NCBI GenBank assembly: GCA_016200265.1
Contig: JACQFE010000006.1
Span: 4,112 to 68,111, forward strand
Reading direction: 5' to 3'
Origin: Planctomycetota bacterium
Lineage (GTDB): Bacteria; Planctomycetota; Phycisphaerae; UBA1845
DNA length: 64,000 nucleotides
Shown here: one piece after another, positions 17,915 through 28,209 of the stretch
How the letters are laid out: every line of letters begins with the position of its first letter
Numbering within the stretch: position 1 is the stretch's first letter
Notes under the pieces: generated by a model
The model's database searches: none
What the model saw: only the letters and a program-made list of their open reading frames with translations
What the model was told of the DNA's origin: nothing
Program-made: the position numbers and the translations under genes

Positions 17915-20900
17915 ATGGCGTTGCGCGAACCAATTGCAATCGTGGGAATCGGCTGTCGGTTGCCCGGCAAGGTGTCGAATCCGGAATCGTTCTGGCGTCT
18001 GCTGTACAATGGCGTCGACGCGATTTCCGAGGTTCCGCCGGACCGATGGCGTTGGCAGTCATTCTATCATTCGGAACCCGGCACACCCGGGAAGCTCTAC
18101 GTCCGTCGAGGGGGATTCATCGAAGGAGTGGACCTCTTTGATGCCCCGTTTTTCAACATCTCCCGCCGCGAGGCAAGCTGGGCCGATCCCCAACAGCGTC
18201 AACTCCTTGAGGTTTCCTATGAAGCGCTGGAAGACGCCGGCTTGTCGCTCGACGCGATCGCCGGAACGCGGGCCGCCGTGTATGTCGGCATCTCGACTTA
18301 CGACTACGGTGCGATGCACGGACGCACTCATGAACGCCTCGAACTCGACGCGTATACGAGCCTCGGCTCAGCCCTTTGCGTGACGGCGAATCGCATCTCG
18401 TATTTCTTCGATCTGCACGGCCCGAGTTTGGCCGTCGACACGGCATGTTCGTCATCGCTGGTGGCCACTCACCTGGCCTGCCAGAGCATCTGGAATCACG
18501 AAGCCTCCATCGCCCTCGTCGGCGGCGTGAACGTCCTGCTCCAACCGGATGGAACGATCGGCTTTTGCCAGGCCCGGATGCTTGCGGCGGACGGACAGTG
18601 CAAGAGTTTCGACGCGAGCGCTGATGGATACGTACGCGCCGAAGGGGCTGCGGTCGTGGTGCTCAAACCGTTGAGCCAAGCCCTGCGCGATGAAGACCGG
18701 ATCTATTCGCTGATTCGAGGCACGGCGGTCAATCAGGATGGTCGTACGACCGGAATCACCGTTCCCAGCGAAGCCGCCCAAACCGCGATGTTGCAAGATG
18801 TCTATCGCCAGGCCGACATCGTCCCGCAAGACGTTCAGTACGTCGAAGCGCATGGAACCGGCACAGCCGTCGGCGATCCGATCGAGCTTCACGCCATCGG
18901 AAAAGCGCTCGGGATCGGTCGATCCCAGGACGATCCCTGCCTGGTGGGATCGGTGAAGAGCAATCTGGGGCACCCGGAAGCGGCATCCGGAGTGGTCGGT
19001 TTGATCAAAGCGGCTCTCTGCGTCTTCCACGGTCAGATTCCTCCAAGTCTCCACTACCGAAACCCCAACCCAAACATCCCCTTTGAGGAGCTGAAGCTCC
19101 AGGTGGTCCGGGAGTTGCGGTCTTGGCCGAAAAATGGGCATGAATTTCGTGTGGCCGGTGTCAATTCGTTTGGATTCGGCGGCACGAATGCGCATGTGGT
19201 GCTGACTTCGCAACAGGTGGAATCGGCCCAACACGTAGCGCCCCGGGGTTCCAATGGACGAGCGTTACTGGTTCCATTATCCGCAAGAAGTTCTGCCGCG
19301 GTAAAGGCCGCAGCGCATTCTCAGGCCGCGTACTTCGCTGATCCTCTGCGTGCATCGGTCGAACTCAATGACATTGCCCACACCGCGGCACTCCGGCGGA
19401 CGCATCATGAATTCCGCACGACCGTCGTGGCGCATTCCGTTGCCGAATTCGTCGAAAGCGCACGCACATGGGCCGATGATTCGGCTCCCGTCGAGAGCGT
19501 TGCGCCCGATGCAGCCGGACAGCTGGCTTTTGTGTTTTCCGGCATGGGGCCTCAATGGTGGGGCATGGGCCGACAACTATTTGAAACGGAGCCGGTATTT
19601 CGCAAAACGCTGGAGCAATGCGACGCGGCCCTGCGCACTCATGTCTCGTGGTCTCTGCTGGACGAATTGGGCAAAGATGAAACCCGAAGTCGCATCAACG
19701 AGACGTACATCGCCCAGCCGGCGATCTTTGCTATTCAGATGGGCCTCTCCAGACTTTGGAATTCATGGGGCATCCGCCCGAGTGCGGTGATCGGGCACAG
19801 CCTTGGCGAGGTCGCGGCAGCCTGCTGTGCAGAAGTTCTCAATTTCGAAGACGCCGTCGCCCTCATCTATCATCGCAGTCGACTTCAACAATTGACTTCA
19901 GGTGAGGGACGAATGCTGTCCGTTGCCATGCCCTTCGCGGAGATTGAAGCGCTGGTCGCCGACTCCGACGGTCTGGTTTCGATTGCGGCTTACAACAGTC
20001 CGGAGTCGGTCACGATTTCGGGCGACGCGACGGCCCTTCAGCAGATTTCCGAGGGCCTCACGGCGCGAGAAATCTTCAATCGATTTCTCAAGGTAGACGT
20101 TCCTTACCACAGTCGCGCCATGGACCGGCTTGAATACGAACTCCAAGCATCGTTGCGAACGCTTTCTCCACGCCCCGCGGCGATCACTCTGATTTCCACC
20201 GTCACCGGCGGCAAGGTTCGCGGCGAAGAAATGAACGCAGAGTACTGGTGGCGAAGCATGCGCTATCCGGTCCGGTTCCGCGAAGCGATTGCTACCGCCG
20301 CCCGGAACGGCCATCGAATGTCCCTGGAGATTTCACCGCACCCGGTGATGTCGGCCTCTATTTCTGAATCCGCCCCCGGTACAAGAGTATTTTCATCGTT
20401 AAGGCGAAATGAACCCGAACGGGAAACCATGTTGAAGTCCGCGGGTCAACTGTACAGTTGCGGATTTTCTTTGAACTGGAAGGCCGTCAACGGGGATGCA
20501 GGCCAGTTCATTTCGATGCCGCGGTACCCCTGGCAGCATGAACGCTACTGGCACGAGTCGGAGCGCGGCGCACAAGAGCGCATGGGCATCCAGCTTTATC
20601 CGTTCTTGGGTGCGAAGTGTGATTCGACGCATTCCACTTGGGTGACGGACCTGAACCATCACTGTCTCGACTTTCTAGATGACCACCAAGTCGAACAGAA
20701 CGTCGTATTTCCTGCGGCTGCCTATCTGGAGATGGCCTTGGAGGCGGCCTGCGAATTATTCGGCCGACCACCGTATGAAATCGAAGGCCTGACCTTTGAG
20801 AAGGTGATGCTCCTTCCACGCGATGGGCGTCCGATCGTGCAACTGGCGTTCGGTGAACGGGCCAGCGAATTCGGGATCTTCAGTCGCGCACGCACCACGA

Positions 20901-23900
20901 ACGGTTCATGGGAGCGCCACGTTGTCGGCAAGCTGTATCGCAATTCGGATTCCGCGCGGCCAGGATCCCGACCCTTGGCCGCGATCCGTGAACGCTGCAC
21001 GTCGGCCATTTCATCCGCCGATTGTTACCGGCTCTTCGACGCACGTGGATTGCGATACGGAACGCAATTTCGTGGCATTCGATCCCTTTGGGCCGGCAAG
21101 GATGAGGCATTTGCGAGAATTGAACTGGATTGGATGCGAAATGATTTTGCTCATGAATTCCTCGCCTATCCTGGAATCGTCGATTCGGCCTTCCAGGTGC
21201 TCATGGGAGTTTTGCTCAATGAAACCGACTCGGGCAGGATCAGGGACGGGCTCTTCCTCCCCAGCCGCATTGCGAAAATCATCTACCACGGCCCGCCTCC
21301 GAGTCGTCTTTGGTGTCATGCACGTTTGATCAGCTTGACCGAGCAGCGACTGATCGGCGACATCGAGTTGATGGATGACCAAGGGAACGTCGCCATGGAG
21401 ATCCGCGGTTTCCATTGCCAGCACGTGGAACGCTCGGAGACGGCCCTGAGTGGAGGACTGGGACAGTTTCGCTGGGAACGCGATCCTGCGAAGAGGACTT
21501 CCAGCATCCGACGGGCGGACGATTTGCTCACACCGTCTGCAATCGTCACCAAGCTAAAGGCCGTCGGGGGGGTGGATGGCTGGCGAAGTCTTGGCTCTTC
21601 CGCCACCCAATCGATCGAGCTAGCGGAAGCGGTCCGTGCTTACGCCTTTGAGGCCTTCGCCAAAATGGGGTGGCGACCAAGCGTCGGCGAGCGATTCGCC
21701 GATGAGGAACTTGGAAAACGCCTGGGCGTCGTCGGGCAGCATGATCGGCTCTTTCGTCGAATCCTTGTCTCGCTCGCATCGGAAGGATTCCTGCGAGAGA
21801 AAGATGGCGAATGGACTGTGGTTCGAGATTTTCACGCTGCCCCTTCGCATATACTTTGGAAACGCCTGTGGGATCAATTTCCGTCAGAGACCGCGGAACT
21901 GATGCTCATTCGGCGCTGCGGCGAGAGCCTTGATCGTGTGTTGCGCGGTGAAATCGATGGACTGGATCTGATTTTCTCCGGCGGTTCCTCAACGACGGCC
22001 GAACACCTCTACCAGGACTCCCCCAGCTACTTTCAATGCAACCGCATCGTTCAGAAAGCCGTCGCTGCGATCGTGCAAGGACTGCCGGAAGGAAGAACGC
22101 TCCGCATTCTCGAAATCGGCGGTGGAACCGGCGGAATGACGGCGCATCTGCTTCCCGAACTCCCGGTCCGCCGGGCGAAGTATGTGTTTACGGATGTGGG
22201 TCGCACGTTGCTCAGCCAGGCCGAACAACGCTTTGGCCGATTCGCCAACATTGAATTCGCGACACTGGACATCGAGAAAAACCCAATCGACCAGGGTTTC
22301 GAGGCCCACTCTTTTGATCTTGTGCTTGCTTCTGACGTCTTTCACGCGACAGCGGATCTGCGCGGCACGCTGGAGAACGTCAAGCGTCTCCTTGCATCCC
22401 GAGGTCTCCTGATTGTTCTGGAAGGCAAGCTGGCGCCAACGCCGCTTTGGTGCACGCTGATCTTCGGGCTTCTCAAAGGCTGGTGGCTCTTTACGGACAC
22501 AGACCTACGCGGACTCGATCCGTGGATTTCCGCGGAGGCCTGGCAGAATCTTCTCACAACGTCGGGCTTTGATGAAGCAACAGATCTTACCCAGAAACTC
22601 GGAACCGATGAGGCCGTGCACATGGTGGTGGCGGGGCGTGGACCGGCCGTTCCCGATCGTGAGACGCCGGACGCCGCCCGGTCACCAGAGACCAACCTCG
22701 GCGCCTGGTTGGTCTTTTCGGATGAGCGGGGTGTTGCCGCTGATTTGTGCCAACGCTTGCGAGGCGCCGCGCACGAAGTTGTGTGCGTGGTTCGAACCGA
22801 TTCCGGGCGCATTTCCGAAAACGGGACGCTGCGAGCTCGCGGCGTGGCCAAGGAAGACATTCGCTCCGCGTTGGATTTGGCGACCAAATCTGGCTTGGGG
22901 TTGCGCGGGATTGTCCATCTTTGGGCGTTGGATCTGCCATCAGTGCGGGAGGCAGAATCAACGGTGCTGCACGCCGCACGGTCGGATGTGCTGGCAAGCG
23001 TCATGCACTTGATTCAATGTCTTGGAGAGACCGACCCAACGCCTCCGCCACGAATTGTACTCGTCACCAAGGGGGCGGAATCCGTTGGAACGTCGCGGGT
23101 CCAAGTCGAAGTCATGCAATCTCCGCTCTGGGGCTTGGGGCGGGTGGCGATGGTGGAGTATCCCCAGTTTCGATGTCGGCTCGTGGATCTCGAGCCTGGT
23201 GAGTGGAACGTGGCCGGCAGCGGCCAGTTGGCCGATGAGTTGTTCGCCGAAGTCCTGGACGACGGGGCCGAGGAAGAGGTCGCGTGGCGTGGTGGAGTTC
23301 GCCACGTCCATCGTTTCCAGCGGATTTCCATGGAAGAACTCCCACCGACGGAATGGCCAATTTCCAAATGCCGATCACCAATTGAGAGAAGGGTGAATTC
23401 TCCCCAATTGTCAATTGAGAATCGGAAATCGGAAATCTCCCACAGGTCTTACACGGTGGCCCGCCCGGCAGGCGGAAGCCTCGACAATCTCCGTTTGCAT
23501 TCGACCGAGCGGATCGCTCCGCAAGCGGGCCAGGTCGAAATTGAAGTGCGGGCCTGCGGATTGAACTTCAAGGACGTCATGCTGGCCATGGGACTGTTGC
23601 CGGAGGATGCGCTGGAGGGCGGATTCACTGGTCGGACGTTGGGGATGGAATGCACCGGGAAAATTGTCGCGGTGGGAGAGGGGGTTCGAGAATTCCGGGT
23701 GGGTGACGAAGTGATCGCCTGCGGTCCGGGCACCTTGCGATCGCATCTCACGCTCAACGTCATGTACGTGGCCCGAATGCCGCAAGGAATTAGTTTTGAA
23801 GATGGGGCCACGGTGCTCATCGCCTACCTGACCGCGTGGTACGGATTGGTCAAACTCGCCCGACTCCAACCCGGGGAACGTGTGCTCATTCATGCCGCGA

Positions 23901-25732
23901 CCGGAGGTGTCGGGCTGGCCGCGGTCCAACTGGCCCAACACATCGGAGCGGAGATCTTCGCAACCGCGGGAACGGAGGAAAAACGCGATTTGCTGAAAGC
24001 CTTGGGCGTTCCTCATATATTCAACTCTCGAACGCTCAGCTTCGCCGATGAGATTCTGAAACACACCGATGGAATCGGCGTCGATGTGGTTTTGAATTCG
24101 CTCTCGGGCGATGCGATTCCCAAGAGCCTCGCGATTCTTCGTCCTTACGGACGATTCGTCGAGATCGGCAAGCGGGATGTGTATGAAGACAGCAAGGTCG
24201 GCCTTCGACCCTTCCGTCACAACCTGTCGCTGTTCGTGCTGGACATGGACCGGCTCTGCGCCCAGCGGCCGGATGCGGCCGGTGAGGCCTTCAGGGAAGT
24301 AATGAAATTGCTTGCGGATAAAACCCTGCGACCTCTGCCCCATCGCGTATTTCCAGTGGACCGGATTCAGGACGCGTTTCGATACATGGCCCAGGCCCGG
24401 CACATCGGGAAAGTTGTGGTCTCTCTCAAGGATCAACCCATCTCGGTGGCGCAACCTCCGCTGACGTCGATTCGATTCCACAGCGATTGCTCGTACTTGG
24501 TGACCGGAGGATTGGGCGGATTTGGATTAGCGCTGGCGCGCTGGCTGATCGACCACGGCGCTCGACATGTAGCGCTGATGAGCCGAAGACATGACGTTTC
24601 CGATTGTCTGCAGAGCGCACTCAGCGCGATGCGCGAGGAAGGCGTGGAAGTGCGCGTGCTGCGAGGGAATGTCTCCGACGCGCGGGATGTGGGCGAGGTC
24701 CTTGCGGAAATCTCGCGATCCATGCCGCCTCTGCGCGGGATCTTTCATGCGGCGATGGTTTTGGACGACGCCCCCATCAGAGACTTGACCGTCGAACGAT
24801 TCAATATCGCGATGGCGCCGAAGGCCGATGGGGCGTGGAACCTGCATCGCCTCACTCAGGATCTGCCGCTGGATCACTTCGTGCTGTTTTCATCAATGGC
24901 CTCGCAGATCGGAAACGCGGGACAAGCCAACTATGTGGCCGCAAATTCCTTTCTTGACGCTCTCGCAGGGCATCGAAACGCGCTGAATTTGCCCGCACTC
25001 ACCGTCAATTGGGGCGCCCTCTCCGATGTCGGATACGTTGCAGAGAACCCTGGAATCGCCAAGCGATTGGAGGCCAACGGCGTCCGGCCGATGCCCGTCA
25101 GGCAAATGCTCTCAACGCTGGGTGTTCTGATGCAGCGTCGCGCAGTACAAGTCGGAGCCGGCTTGGTTGATTGGACGAAACTTGCGCACACACTGGGCCT
25201 GACAAAATCCCCAAGGTTCGCCCATTTGGTCACGCAAGGGATTGCAACTGAGATCGAAGGGAGTGGCTTCGATCGCGAGGCAATTCTGCGGGCCGACCCA
25301 TCTGAGCGACTCGAGATTCTCCAAAATTATCTGCGTGAGCAACTTGCCCGAGTCCTGGGAACGACACAAAGTCGATTGGACGTCAACCAATCCATCATGA
25401 ATCTCGGCATGGACTCGCTGATGGCCGTCGAAATGAGAAATCGGATCCGCACCGCGTTGGATGTGGACATTCCGCCGACCAAGTTCATGGAGGGAATCAG
25501 TCTGCGAGGGATGGCAGCATTCGTGCTCGATCGCTTGAGCGAGCTTCATGCGTCAAGTTTCAGGAATCGCCCGGACGGTATGAAGACTGCCGAGGCTCCC
25601 GTAAAGTTGATTCACCCTGAGAATGCCAAGGCTGCACACACCGATGCTGTACAACTTCGGGCGATCGGTGACCTCAGCGATCAGGAGGTGAACGACCAAC
25701 TGCAACGTCTCCTTGCGGAAGCCAAGAAATGA
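17915..25732 (+). CDS. Single-module highly reducing type I PKS (KS-AT-DH-cMT-ER-KR-ACP)
   Basis: KS DTACSSS/HGTGT/NLGH; AT GHSLG and VPYHS; DH DHQVEQNVVFP; MT LEIGGGTG; ER IHAATGGVG; KR TGGLGGFG, LDD, YVAAN; ACP GMDSL. No thioesterase or loading module. Confidence 0.95.
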   Translation: MALREPIAIVGIGCRLPGKVSNPESFWRLLYNGVDAISEVPPDRWRWQSFYHSEPGTPGKLYVRRGGFIEGVDLFDAPFFNISRREASWADPQQRQLLEVSYEALEDAGLSLDAIAGTRAAVYVGISTYDYGAMHGRTHERLELDAYTSLGSALCVTANRISYFFDLHGPSLAVDTACSSSLVATHLACQSIWNHEASIALVGGVNVLLQPDGTIGFCQARMLAADGQCKSFDASADGYVRAEGAAVVVLKPLSQALRDEDRIYSLIRGTAVNQDGRTTGITVPSEAAQTAMLQDVYRQADIVPQDVQYVEAHGTGTAVGDPIELHAIGKALGIGRSQDDPCLVGSVKSNLGHPEAASGVVGLIKAALCVFHGQIPPSLHYRNPNPNIPFEELKLQVVRELRSWPKNGHEFRVAGVNSFGFGGTNAHVVLTSQQVESAQHVAPRGSNGRALLVPLSARSSAAVKAAAHSQAAYFADPLRASVELNDIAHTAALRRTHHEFRTTVVAHSVAEFVESARTWADDSAPVESVAPDAAGQLAFVFSGMGPQWWGMGRQLFETEPVFRKTLEQCDAALRTHVSWSLLDELGKDETRSRINETYIAQPAIFAIQMGLSRLWNSWGIRPSAVIGHSLGEVAAACCAEVLNFEDAVALIYHRSRLQQLTSGEGRMLSVAMPFAEIEALVADSDGLVSIAAYNSPESVTISGDATALQQISEGLTAREIFNRFLKVDVPYHSRAMDRLEYELQASLRTLSPRPAAITLISTVTGGKVRGEEMNAEYWWRSMRYPVRFREAIATAARNGHRMSLEISPHPVMSASISESAPGTRVFSSLRRNEPERETMLKSAGQLYSCGFSLNWKAVNGDAGQFISMPRYPWQHERYWHESERGAQERMGIQLYPFLGAKCDSTHSTWVTDLNHHCLDFLDDHQVEQNVVFPAAAYLEMALEAACELFGRPPYEIEGLTFEKVMLLPRDGRPIVQLAFGERASEFGIFSRARTTNGSWERHVVGKLYRNSDSARPGSRPLAAIRERCTSAISSADCYRLFDARGLRYGTQFRGIRSLWAGKDEAFARIELDWMRNDFAHEFLAYPGIVDSAFQVLMGVLLNETDSGRIRDGLFLPSRIAKIIYHGPPPSRLWCHARLISLTEQRLIGDIELMDDQGNVAMEIRGFHCQHVERSETALSGGLGQFRWERDPAKRTSSIRRADDLLTPSAIVTKLKAVGGVDGWRSLGSSATQSIELAEAVRAYAFEAFAKMGWRPSVGERFADEELGKRLGVVGQHDRLFRRILVSLASEGFLREKDGEWTVVRDFHAAPSHILWKRLWDQFPSETAELMLIRRCGESLDRVLRGEIDGLDLIFSGGSSTTAEHLYQDSPSYFQCNRIVQKAVAAIVQGLPEGRTLRILEIGGGTGGMTAHLLPELPVRRAKYVFTDVGRTLLSQAEQRFGRFANIEFATLDIEKNPIDQGFEAHSFDLVLASDVFHATADLRGTLENVKRLLASRGLLIVLEGKLAPTPLWCTLIFGLLKGWWLFTDTDLRGLDPWISAEAWQNLLTTSGFDEATDLTQKLGTDEAVHMVVAGRGPAVPDRETPDAARSPETNLGAWLVFSDERGVAADLCQRLRGAAHEVVCVVRTDSGRISENGTLRARGVAKEDIRSALDLATKSGLGLRGIVHLWALDLPSVREAESTVLHAARSDVLASVMHLIQCLGETDPTPPPRIVLVTKGAESVGTSRVQVEVMQSPLWGLGRVAMVEYPQFRCRLVDLEPGEWNVAGSGQLADELFAEVLDDGAEEEVAWRGGVRHVHRFQRISMEELPPTEWPISKCRSPIERRVNSPQLSIENRKSEISHRSYTVARPAGGSLDNLRLHSTERIAPQAGQVEIEVRACGLNFKDVMLAMGLLPEDALEGGFTGRTLGMECTGKIVAVGEGVREFRVGDEVIACGPGTLRSHLTLNVMYVARMPQGISFEDGATVLIAYLTAWYGLVKLARLQPGERVLIHAATGGVGLAAVQLAQHIGAEIFATAGTEEKRDLLKALGVPHIFNSRTLSFADEILKHTDGIGVDVVLNSLSGDAIPKSLAILRPYGRFVEIGKRDVYEDSKVGLRPFRHNLSLFVLDMDRLCAQRPDAAGEAFREVMKLLADKTLRPLPHRVFPVDRIQDAFRYMAQARHIGKVVVSLKDQPISVAQPPLTSIRFHSDCSYLVTGGLGGFGLALARWLIDHGARHVALMSRRHDVSDCLQSALSAMREEGVEVRVLRGNVSDARDVGEVLAEISRSMPPLRGIFHAAMVLDDAPIRDLTVERFNIAMAPKADGAWNLHRLTQDLPLDHFVLFSSMASQIGNAGQANYVAANSFLDALAGHRNALNLPALTVNWGALSDVGYVAENPGIAKRLEANGVRPMPVRQMLSTLGVLMQRRAVQVGAGLVDWTKLAHTLGLTKSPRFAHLVTQGIATEIEGSGFDREAILRADPSERLEILQNYLREQLARVLGTTQSRLDVNQSIMNLGMDSLMAVEMRNRIRTALDVDIPPTKFMEGISLRGMAAFVLDRLSELHASSFRNRPDGMKTAEAPVKLIHPENAKAAHTDAVQLRAIGDLSDQEVNDQLQRLLAEAKK
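23358..23437. repeat. Imperfect palindromic heptamer-repeat element lying in frame inside the PKS
   Basis: Left arm AATTTCCAAATGCCGATCACCAATTG pairs imperfectly with right arm CAATTGAGAATCGGAAATCGGAAATC. A similar tract is intergenic at 35393-35424. Confidence 0.55.
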
Positions 25733-25771
25733 TGATCCGTCGCGAGAGGCTCGGTCCGGGTGTCGCCGCGG

Positions 25772-26563
25772 TTAGGTTCCTTCCTCACCGATGGCGAATC
25801 TCGTAAGCGCCAACTTGCAGCCCACGTTGTCCGTCGCAATGGCAGCGACGAAACCCGTAATTCCTTCAATTTCCCGGACGAATAGCGTCCTCGTGCATCC
25901 AGTAGTGATTGAGTCCGGCGGCGGCGCGACCAAACCACATCCCGGTTCTGCTGCGTCAATCTCCTTGGTGTCAACGGAGAGGCCCCATCCGAAGGCCTTG
26001 AGACATGCTTCTTTTCGGGTCCAAAGCGACAAGAATTTCCGGTCGCGATCACAATGTGGCGCCTTTTGAAACAACTCATATTCGCGGCGCGCGAGGAATT
26101 CACGGGCCATGCCATCGGCATCAGGAACAGGTCGTATTTGCTCGATGTCGATTCCCACCACACTGCATGCCGACGTGGCCACAAGTGCGACGTCACCCGA
26201 ATGGGAGAGGTTGAAATGCAACTCCTCAAATGGTGACGGCAATTGAGGCTTTCCAAAAGCACCGTACTCGAAGCGCAGTGCTGACGGAGAGGCGCCGATG
26301 CACTTCGCGAGCAGCATCCTTAACGCCGCCCGTGCTACGATGAACCTCCGGCGACCGTGTGGAAACATGAAGCAGGATGACCGCACCCGTTCGTCCGGTG
26401 ACAATACGCTCTCCAACTCCGCGAGCTTGGATTCAGATGCAGACAGCGAGACGCACCAGACAACAACAGGTTGACGTGGTATTGGTGCATGCAAGTCACG
26501 TGCTCTTTCCAGGCCCAGGAGCCCTGCAGGGTTCACTTCCATGCTCGCGGCTTGTGTCGTCAT
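25772..26563 (-). CDS. Sfp-type 4'-phosphopantetheinyl transferase
   Basis: FGKPQL, FNLSHSG, VGIDIE and WTRKEACLKAFG. Confidence 0.93.
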   Translation of the reverse strand: MTTQAASMEVNPAGLLGLERARDLHAPIPRQPVVVWCVSLSASESKLAELESVLSPDERVRSSCFMFPHGRRRFIVARAALRMLLAKCIGASPSALRFEYGAFGKPQLPSPFEELHFNLSHSGDVALVATSACSVVGIDIEQIRPVPDADGMAREFLARREYELFQKAPHCDRDRKFLSLWTRKEACLKAFGWGLSVDTKEIDAAEPGCGLVAPPPDSITTGCTRTLFVREIEGITGFVAAIATDNVGCKLALTRFAIGEEGT

Positions 26564-26981
26564 CGTTGCACCGATGCCGCCTGCATCGCACGATCAACGC
26601 CGAGGCGATGCTGCACCCGCGGTCCGTGCCAACTTCCTGAGGCGTCCAAATCTCTTGTCACGAAGTCCCAACTGTGAAGTATGATTGGCTTTCCCAAATC
26701 ACACAACTGCGTCAATCGGTTGGCGATGGCCACGCCGCTTACCATTTTCCCGTCCCGCTCCAACACGCCAATTTGCGATGACGCCCGGTACTGCATAGAG
26801 TTCCAAGCCATCCAAACGTCGCTTCCGAAGAGTTGATGCCTCCTCCGAGTTGGCAACGCTTTTCGGAGTGTCTGACGTTCTGTTTGGGAATCAGAATCGA
26901 TCGACTTGTCAGGCGCCCGGCAAGACGTTGACCGAAAGCTTGGGCTTGCGATCGGCGTCCGGGGGTTTCGGAGGAAACTGC

Positions 26982-28172
26982 GTGCACTTGAGTGTTGTCT
27001 ATGTGGTTCGGAACCTGACGCGCAACCGTCGCCGCACCGCACTCACCTGCGCCGCTGTGGGTCTTCCGATCATGATTTTTGTTCTGTCAACGGCCGTCAT
27101 CGACGGGATCGGTGCATTCCTGGACAACTCTGGAAAGCAGCTTCGTTTGGTGGTCATGAATCATGGGTCCGTCGTCAATCCACTGCCTTCCGGCTATCGA
27201 TCGAAAATCGAATCCCTCGACCCGACCGGCTCTCGAATCTTGTCCGTTTGCGGCATGCGCTGGATCGGCGGACAGGTGCAAAACGACCCCCGGCCGCTCT
27301 CCACGCTCGCCGTGGACGCCGATACGTTCGTCGCCACTTTTCCTGACCAACAGTTGACGCCCGAGGAAATCGAACAATGGAACCGCAGCCGGCAGTCGAT
27401 TCTGGTTGGCGCGGCCACGGCGGCGGCGTTCGGCTGGAAAACAGGCGATCGAATCACAATTCGCTCATCGATTCCGCCGTACGTGTCAATGGAGTTTCGC
27501 GTGGTTTCAACCGCCTCGCGACCCGGAAAAGACCCCGTCACGATTTTCTGCCGCCGCGACTACCTGGAAGAAGCGATGAAATCGGCCGTGTTTCCTGAAG
27601 GCTGGAATCTGACTGGCAGTGTGTCGTTTTTCTTTGTGCGTTGCACGAGCATGGCCGATCTGGATTACTTTCGGGTCGCCATTGACGAACTCTTTGCACG
27701 CTCTCTCGATCGAACAAAGACCCAGGACGAAAAGACGTTCATGAACGCGTTCATCACTCAATTTCTGGATATGCCGAACAACCTGACGCGGCTCGCGGCA
27801 GTCACCATCATCGTCGCGGTCATCGCCGCCACGAATACGATGAGCATGAATCTTCGGGATCGATTGAGCGAAATCGCGGTCCTGAAGTCCATTGGATTTT
27901 CGGCACCGATTCTCTTCGCGTTCATCCAGGCGGAAAGTCTGTTTCTGTGCCTACTGGGCGGGCTGATCGGCGCGTTAGTCCCCTTCATCGGATTCGGCTA
28001 TACTCCGCTAAAAGAAGTGAGTGTCCCACTGATCCAACATATTGAGATTTCGCTGGGAGTTTGCGTGAAAGCGCAATTCATGGCCCTCGCCGTCGGTGTG
28101 CTCGCCGCAGCCTGGCCCGCGTGGTCCGCGTCACACGCGAAAGTCGTCGCAGCGCTGAGAAAGCTGAATTAA
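26982..28172 (+). CDS. MacB/FtsX-family ABC transporter permease
   Basis: GTG start after GGAGG; RNLTRNRRRT, TMSMNLRDRLSEIAVLKSIGF and C-terminal ALRK. Confidence 0.85.
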   Translation: MHLSVVYVVRNLTRNRRRTALTCAAVGLPIMIFVLSTAVIDGIGAFLDNSGKQLRLVVMNHGSVVNPLPSGYRSKIESLDPTGSRILSVCGMRWIGGQVQNDPRPLSTLAVDADTFVATFPDQQLTPEEIEQWNRSRQSILVGAATAAAFGWKTGDRITIRSSIPPYVSMEFRVVSTASRPGKDPVTIFCRRDYLEEAMKSAVFPEGWNLTGSVSFFFVRCTSMADLDYFRVAIDELFARSLDRTKTQDEKTFMNAFITQFLDMPNNLTRLAAVTIIVAVIAATNTMSMNLRDRLSEIAVLKSIGFSAPILFAFIQAESLFLCLLGGLIGALVPFIGFGYTPLKEVSVPLIQHIEISLGVCVKAQFMALAVGVLAAAWPAWSASHAKVVAALRKLN

Positions 28173-28209
28173 CGGGACGTCCTATGCAGGATTCGCCTGA
28201 GATTCCGAT

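Noticed and set aside
7850-25549. Many 60-350 aa alternative-frame ORFs within the PKS/NRPS genes, including possible RiPP precursors for the radical SAM
   Set aside because: They overlap well-supported genes entirely and show no leader/core pattern.
26560-26745. 61-aa ORF overlapping the PPTase start (ATGA)
   Set aside because: No recognisable motif (not MbtH- or ACP-like); the overlap alone is insufficient support.
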